From: a virus
Lineage: Duplodnaviria > Heunggongvirae > Uroviricota > Caudoviricetes
IMG/VR virus record: IMGVR_UViG_3300031555_007106
Length of the DNA stretch: 58,548 nucleotides
Strand: one strand, 5' to 3'
Part shown: piece by piece, positions 53,507-58,548 of the stretch
Layout of the letters: each line of letters opens with the position of its first letter
Position numbering within the stretch: the stretch's first letter is position 1
Notes under the pieces: generated by a model
What the model was told of the DNA's origin: nothing
Seen by the model: the letters and a program-made list of their open reading frames with translations, nothing else
Databases searched by the model: none
Program-made: the position numbers and the translations under genes

Positions 53507-53718
53507 GCTTTAGAGGTGTATGAATTTACACTATAGTAAAGTATTGCCATGGTCTATGGGAAAGTAATAACGGCTTTAGAGGTGTATGAATTTACACTAT
53601 AGTAAAGTGGCCAGACCGTTGGATTCGCTGCTTTAGAGGTGTATGAATTTACATTATAGTAAAGATACGAATTCGTACATATAGCTTTAGAGGTGTATGG
53701 ATTTACACCATAGTAAAG
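53507..53718 (+). CRISPR. Mini-array D: 4 repeats, spacers 31/22/19 nt
   Basis: Repeats at 53507, 53573, 53630 and 53684. Confidence 0.93.
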
Positions 53719-53890
53719 TAAAGAGTAAAGCATATAAAAAATCGTGTGTGAGAATGAAAAAAGTTTATAATTTTTTTGTTTTTTTCTATCATACTAAATA
53801 TGTAGTCAGTTATGGTCTGCTTGTACTTTTTGTGCAGTGGATGATAAATTGAATAAAAATACATTTTATTCCAAGATTTAAGACGAGTGA

Positions 53891-54066
53891 GCATAGTTTA
53901 AATCTTGCGTTGGGTCAAGCCAACACTCCTATTTATGCTTGGAAGTGATACATAGGGTATCGCACGAGAATGTCTTTGGCAGAATTTTTACCTCCTTTAG
54001 CGATTCTGAGTGGTTAGCATTCTCTTATACTGGAACATATAGGGTCACTACCTGTTGTTTCATCCA
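53891..54066 (+). ncRNA. Unrecognised structured RNA ending in a CCA-tipped minihelix (copy 2)
   Basis: Homologous to 16186-16372, with covarying stems. Confidence 0.65.
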
Positions 54067-54089
54067 ATAGCGGTATAAAGCCGTAATCG

Positions 54090-54250
54090 GGGTGGCTTTG
54101 CACCCTCAGAGCGAGAAGGACCTGTAAGACGTTTGCTAACGCCGGAGTTCCACTCTTGCAAAGGTTGACTTTTTGTAAGTCAGAAAACCTCGTACTTAGT
54201 AGTCCGTACGAGACTATATGTGTAACACACACTAAAAACTGCATTTTGAG
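54090..54250 (+). ncRNA. tracrRNA-like element E
   Basis: Conserved element; ends TTTTGAG. Confidence 0.82.
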
Positions 54251-54546
54251 GCTTTAGGGGTGTATGAATTTACACTATAGCAAAGCGATTCGTCCTTTCT
54301 TTGTAAGGCGGGTAAGCTTAGGGGTGTATGAATTTACACTATAGTAAAGCGCTCCGCACTTTCCGCAGACGAGCAAGCCTGCTTTAGAGGTGTATGAATT
54401 TACACTATAGTAAAGCTTCAGGACAAAAGAGCCCTTCAGGCCTCGTGCTTTAGAGGTGTATGAATTTACACTATAGCAAAGCACACATATTGATAATCTG
54501 CAATAAATGCAGCTTTAGGGGTGTATGAATTTACACTATAGTAAAG
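54251..54546 (+). CRISPR. Mini-array E: 5 repeats, spacers 30/31/31/30 nt
   Basis: Repeats at 54251, 54316, 54381, 54447 and 54512. Confidence 0.95.
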
Positions 54547-54606
54547 TAGCATGCATAAATCCACTATAATAAAGGAGCAAATTCTTTATTGTAATCTGCA
54601 AGACAC

Positions 54607-55150
54607 GAGAATAAACAGGGTAATTACCTGTTATTCTCACCAACAACAAATCAAAACAGAATAAAGCTGATGGAGTATCCCTGAGCAATCTTTATAGATT
54701 GAACGCAACAGCTTCAAATAAAATGCGTTGGTGAGGCGTGACCGTAGCGAAGCAGGGCTGAACATGGACCCCGAGGTTATTGCGCCGCAGCATGCGATAT
54801 CCCCGGTCAGGAGGACGTACCTTGCCTCCTTAAACATTGGGTAGGGCTGGAACGCTGGGGGCAAAACCCGGGATGCTTGCATGGAAGACAGGACAGCGTT
54901 TGTCGCAATATCAAGAGATATTGGTCATGCAGGTTGCTGCGGCGATTTAAATTTTCATCAAATTTTCATAAATTTTTTCTTTCTTATCTCAAATCTGGAC
55001 TTGGGGCTGGGGGTAGTATACCCTTTTTCAGTGCCAAGTCCGGGTGAGGGATAACTCTCGCGTTGCGGTCGACTTATCATGACCAGTTGACGCCGTTGGC
55101 TTCCGCGTTGCGCTGACCATTCAGGCTCTAGAGGTGGCAATGCCTGCTCC
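54607..55150. other. GC-rich non-coding region with extensive nested complementarity (candidate large ncRNA)
   Basis: Stems 54607-54638, 54783-91/54936-44, 54809-14/54825-30, 54851-57/54894-900, 54906-23 and 54997-55004/55034-41; no credible ORF. Confidence 0.45.
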
Positions 55151-55546
55151 GTTTAGCTTAAAAGTTGAGTGCAAAGCACCAAAATCACCTCCTGAAAGCC
55201 AAAAATCACCTTCAAAACCTTAAAGAAAACCAAAAATCGGTCGTACAAAAATCAAGTAGGTCGGAAAACGGCAGTCCCGAAAATCGACCTCAACGGTGGA
55301 CGGGTCTTCCTCAGTAACGGTGGATGAGCTTTCCGCAAGTCCCTGACGGGTCCTCGACTGATATTCACAAGGTCGCTGAAGCGATAGCTCGTATATAAGG
55401 ACTCTCTTAAGAAAGAAAAAGAAAAGAGAGTAAGAGAGAAATCAAAAAGGGATAGGTATGTCAACTTATACTTTATAATAATAGAGATAAAGAATATAAG
55501 AGATAAGAGAGAGTAGGATAATAGAGAGAAAGAAAGGAAGGTAGTC

Positions 55547-57883
55547 TTGAACAACACAACGAAAAAAACAGCGGCAACCCTGATGAAAGCTTTTTCATTC
55601 GGGGTTTTATTATTTTTGGTATTCCTTATACCTACACTAATAAAGAATAATGGTTTATTTATAACAGACGGAGATTATCCATTCCAAAGCATCCCGTTTA
55701 CATATCACATAAGAGACTCGGTTTTCACAGGAAATGTTGTTTGGAATCACGCATCCGGATTTGGAGGACAGTTCTTATCTAATTATGCTTATTACAATTT
55801 GTGCAGTCCATTTACATTAATATATCTGATACTGCCAAGAAACTGGATTGTTTATGCTATGCCTTATATGGAAGCTGTAAAGTATGGTGTTGGTACAATG
55901 TTGGCCGCTCATTATATAAACAGATATGTAAGAAGTGATATGTATTCTATTGTAGGTGGTCTCACATATATGTTTTCCTCGTTCTCTGCTTACAATCTCG
56001 TATTTCATTTCTCTGACGCTATTGCTCTGTTTCCCTTACTTCTTATATCTATTGATGAACTGTGTATGAATAACAGAAGATGCGTTTTTGCATTAAGCTG
56101 TGCATTATTAGCGTACACCAACTATTATTTCTTTTTCGGGCAAGCAGTCTTTTTGGTGATATATTTCTTTACAAGGTATCTGAGTAAAGATAAAAGGTAT
56201 TTCTTCAAAAAACTCTGTGTTGTTGCCCTTGAGGCGGTTATAGGCGTTATGTTAGCAGCTCCCCTCCTGTTTCCTGTGCTTATTACTCTTTTAGATAGTG
56301 CGAAAGCCACCGCCACAATCAACATCTCAGATATGTTTATTTACAGCAATATCAATTATTATTTAAAGATAATACAGGGTGCGTTTATGATTCCTGACCA
56401 GTTCGGATGTATTTCTTACTTCCCGGCAGTAGAAAGTCAATATCCTTTCGGAACTGTTATTGGTTCGGTAGCTTCATACATACCTTTTTTTTCTGTTGCA
56501 GGCGTATTATCTTATATATACGTGAGGAGAGGAAGTCGTTTTAGTGCTCTGCTTACAATCTGCGGAATAATGGCACTTATTCCTATAGGTAATCAACTAT
56601 TCTCGGGACTCAATACTTCCTTTTATGCCAGATGGTATTATATGCCTATACTTATAGCGTCTCTTGTTTCTGTCAAAGCTCTTCAAGACGGAATAAGCTT
56701 TAATTACGGTATAGGAGTATGTTCCTTGTTTGTTGCAGCAATTGCAATAAAGCTGAATTATGGGTACTCAGCGGATGAAATAAAGGCTTATGTTTCTGAA
56801 ACCATGGAAATAACTTTTAATAATACATCTGAGATACTGAATCAGATTTATATTCTTATTACAATTTTCGGTTTACTTTCTTTGATGCTTGTTACTGCGT
56901 TAAGAAAGAAAAAGATATTCAATGTGGTATTTGGAGCTGTATTTTTTGTTAATGTTCTCTCAAGTTACGGTATTACTTATTACACTGCAGTAACTGTAGG
57001 TCCCGAAAAAGACATATATGAAAAGAATATGGCTATTGAAGAATATTCAGAGGATTTCAGTACAACAGACAGAGTACTGTTCACAGCAAATGAGACTTCT
57101 AATCTCAGTTTGTACTACGGATTAAGTTCTATTGATTATTTTAATTCTCTTACAGATGCAGGATTTCAACGTTTCCTTACAGAAAATGGTTTAGTAGAAA
57201 ATACCGGAGTCAACACTCCGATTGATGAAGAGAGTCTTCCTGTCTGTGATATAACTTCGGTTAAGTATTTCTATACATCGCCAAAAGATGAAGAAAATTC
57301 TGTTTACTTATCGCCTGTGTACGAATATGAGATTGTAGGGAAATTAGGAAGAATGGATATCAGAGAAAATCCTAACTACGTTCCTATGGGGCTTACCTAT
57401 GACTACATGATTACTTACGAAGATTTTTCAAAGATAGAAAATAAAGAAGATAGATGGAAAGTGTATATGAGTTATCTGGTCGTAGACAATCCGGACGATT
57501 TTGTTGATGTACTCAGCCTTTATAAGGGAGATATAAATACGGAGGATTATAAAGATGCAGTTTTGGAACGTCGCCAAAGCTGTGCGTATTACTCTGAATA
57601 CACAAAAGATGGTCTTGTATCTCATATAGACGTTGACGCGCCTGAATTGGTATTTTTCTCTGTTTCTTATAATGATAGCTGGAGAGCTTACGTTGACGGC
57701 AAGGAGCAACAAGTGTATGAAGTTAACAATGGACTTATCGGAGTGAAGGTACCTGAAGGCGACCACGAAATACGACTTGTTTATTCAGTGAAAGGCTTTA
57801 CAGTAGGATGCGTTGCTTCTTTTGCAGGAGTTGTAATTCTTATTGTTGTTAAAATCGTATGTGAGAATAAAAAAGAGCGTTAA
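55547..57883 (+). CDS. YfhO-family multi-pass membrane protein (GT-C-type glycosyltransferase)
   Basis: TTG start; GDYPFQSIPF, YYNLCSPF, many TM helices, and the C-terminal FFSVSYNDSWRAYVDGK..NNGLIGVKVPEGDHEIRLVY typical of YfhO. Confidence 0.85.
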   Translation: MNNTTKKTAATLMKAFSFGVLLFLVFLIPTLIKNNGLFITDGDYPFQSIPFTYHIRDSVFTGNVVWNHASGFGGQFLSNYAYYNLCSPFTLIYLILPRNWIVYAMPYMEAVKYGVGTMLAAHYINRYVRSDMYSIVGGLTYMFSSFSAYNLVFHFSDAIALFPLLLISIDELCMNNRRCVFALSCALLAYTNYYFFFGQAVFLVIYFFTRYLSKDKRYFFKKLCVVALEAVIGVMLAAPLLFPVLITLLDSAKATATINISDMFIYSNINYYLKIIQGAFMIPDQFGCISYFPAVESQYPFGTVIGSVASYIPFFSVAGVLSYIYVRRGSRFSALLTICGIMALIPIGNQLFSGLNTSFYARWYYMPILIASLVSVKALQDGISFNYGIGVCSLFVAAIAIKLNYGYSADEIKAYVSETMEITFNNTSEILNQIYILITIFGLLSLMLVTALRKKKIFNVVFGAVFFVNVLSSYGITYYTAVTVGPEKDIYEKNMAIEEYSEDFSTTDRVLFTANETSNLSLYYGLSSIDYFNSLTDAGFQRFLTENGLVENTGVNTPIDEESLPVCDITSVKYFYTSPKDEENSVYLSPVYEYEIVGKLGRMDIRENPNYVPMGLTYDYMITYEDFSKIENKEDRWKVYMSYLVVDNPDDFVDVLSLYKGDINTEDYKDAVLERRQSCAYYSEYTKDGLVSHIDVDAPELVFFSVSYNDSWRAYVDGKEQQVYEVNNGLIGVKVPEGDHEIRLVYSVKGFTVGCVASFAGVVILIVVKIVCENKKER

Positions 57884-57956
57884 GTTTTGCGATTTATTCT
57901 TTCATACTATATATGTAAGAGTTAAAATCTTGCATTGTCCAAAACACTTGCGAGTT

Positions 57957-58155
57957 TGCATAGCTGTGTTTTGGTTTCAGATGTTTTTTCTTTTCATCTG
58001 ATACATCCCATATGCTTGGAAGTGGCACATAGGGTGTCGCATGAGAATGTCTTTGGCAGGTCTTGATAAGGTATCATAACACACCTTTTTCCGCCTGAGT
58101 GGTTAGCATTCTTTTATACTGGAACATATAGGGTCACTACCTGTTATTTCAACCA
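57957..58155 (+). ncRNA. Unrecognised structured RNA ending in a CCA-tipped minihelix (copy 3)
   Basis: Homologous to the other two copies; a CATACTATAT promoter core lies at 57903. Confidence 0.62.
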
Positions 58156-58178
58156 ATAGCGGCATAAAGCCGTAGTCG

Positions 58179-58339
58179 GGGTGGCTTTGCACCCTCAGAG
58201 CGAGAAGGACCTGTAAGACGTTTGCTAACGCCGGAGTTCCACTCTTGCAAAGGTTGGCTTTTTGTAAGTCAGAAAACCTCGTACTTAGTAGTCCGTACGA
58301 GACTATATGTGTAACATACACTGTAAAACTGAATTTGAG
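58179..58339 (+). ncRNA. tracrRNA-like element F
   Basis: Conserved element ending ATTTGAG. Confidence 0.82.
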
Positions 58340-58548
58340 GCTTTAGAGGTGTATGAATTTACACTATAGTAAAGCTCGGTAGGCACAGTGCTAACTGCGC
58401 CCAAGGCTTTAGGGGTGTATGAATTTACACTATGGTAAAGCTATCAGCAGTTTGTATACACTTTAGAGATGTATGGATTTACACTATAGTAAAGCCTCTT
58501 ATATTTTTTCAAGACAAAATGAAGCTTTAGAGGTGTATGAATTTACAC
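58340..58548 (+). CRISPR. Mini-array F, truncated by the window end: at least 4 repeats, spacers 31/19/29 nt
   Basis: Repeats at 58340, 58406, 58460 and 58524 (partial). Confidence 0.92.

Noticed and set aside
54275-54484. ORFs with repeated YYSVNSYTSK (also 53703-53894)
   Set aside because: Translation of the CRISPR repeats.
54809-54875. c-di-GMP-I riboswitch-like words (GGACG..GCCTCC..TAAAC..GGTAG; GGCAAAACC)
   Set aside because: The elements are in the wrong order and lack the GAAA tetraloop/receptor stem.
58156-58195. Theta/HDV-like ribozyme after the CCA
   Set aside because: I could not build the nested double pseudoknot; the segment is explained by two simple hairpins.
1-58548. Stop-codon recoding as seen in some large gut phages
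   Set aside because: Long conserved genes (nrdD, YfhO, MTase) are intact and coding density is high under the standard code.

Overview
AT-rich 58.5 kb segment of what looks like a large Clostridia-type (Firmicutes) phage or phage-like mobile element. No virion, replication or integrase genes are visible, so this assignment is inference. From 1 to about 53.0 kb almost all genes lie on the minus strand. About 90 mostly hypothetical ORFs are grouped into modules separated by 11 near-identical terminator+promoter+5'-leader cassettes. Recognisable cargo: nrdD/nrdG, dCMP deaminase, SprT-like protease, DUF4317, ComEC-like lipoprotein, an RNAP alpha-CTD protein, a Panacea/SocA antitoxin, a PAS-GGDEF cyclase, an orphan N6-adenine MTase, tRNA-Gly(CCC) and, on the plus strand, a YfhO-family membrane protein. 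The standout is a distributed CRISPR-derived system. One Cas12f-like protein (20546-21898) has its first RuvC catalytic Asp replaced by His. Six mini-arrays (18 distinct spacers, no cas1/cas2 in the window) are each fused directly behind their own ~160-nt Cas12f-type tracrRNA copy. The arrays carry a type II-A-style leader end (ATTTGAG) and 36+30 geometry, and four are preceded by tRNA-like CCA-ending elements, three of them inside an unrecognised covarying structured RNA. Arrays B and E share an extended promoter with the dCas12f gene. The working hypothesis is an RNA-guided, nuclease-dead regulator fed by host type II-A adaptation. It is untested.
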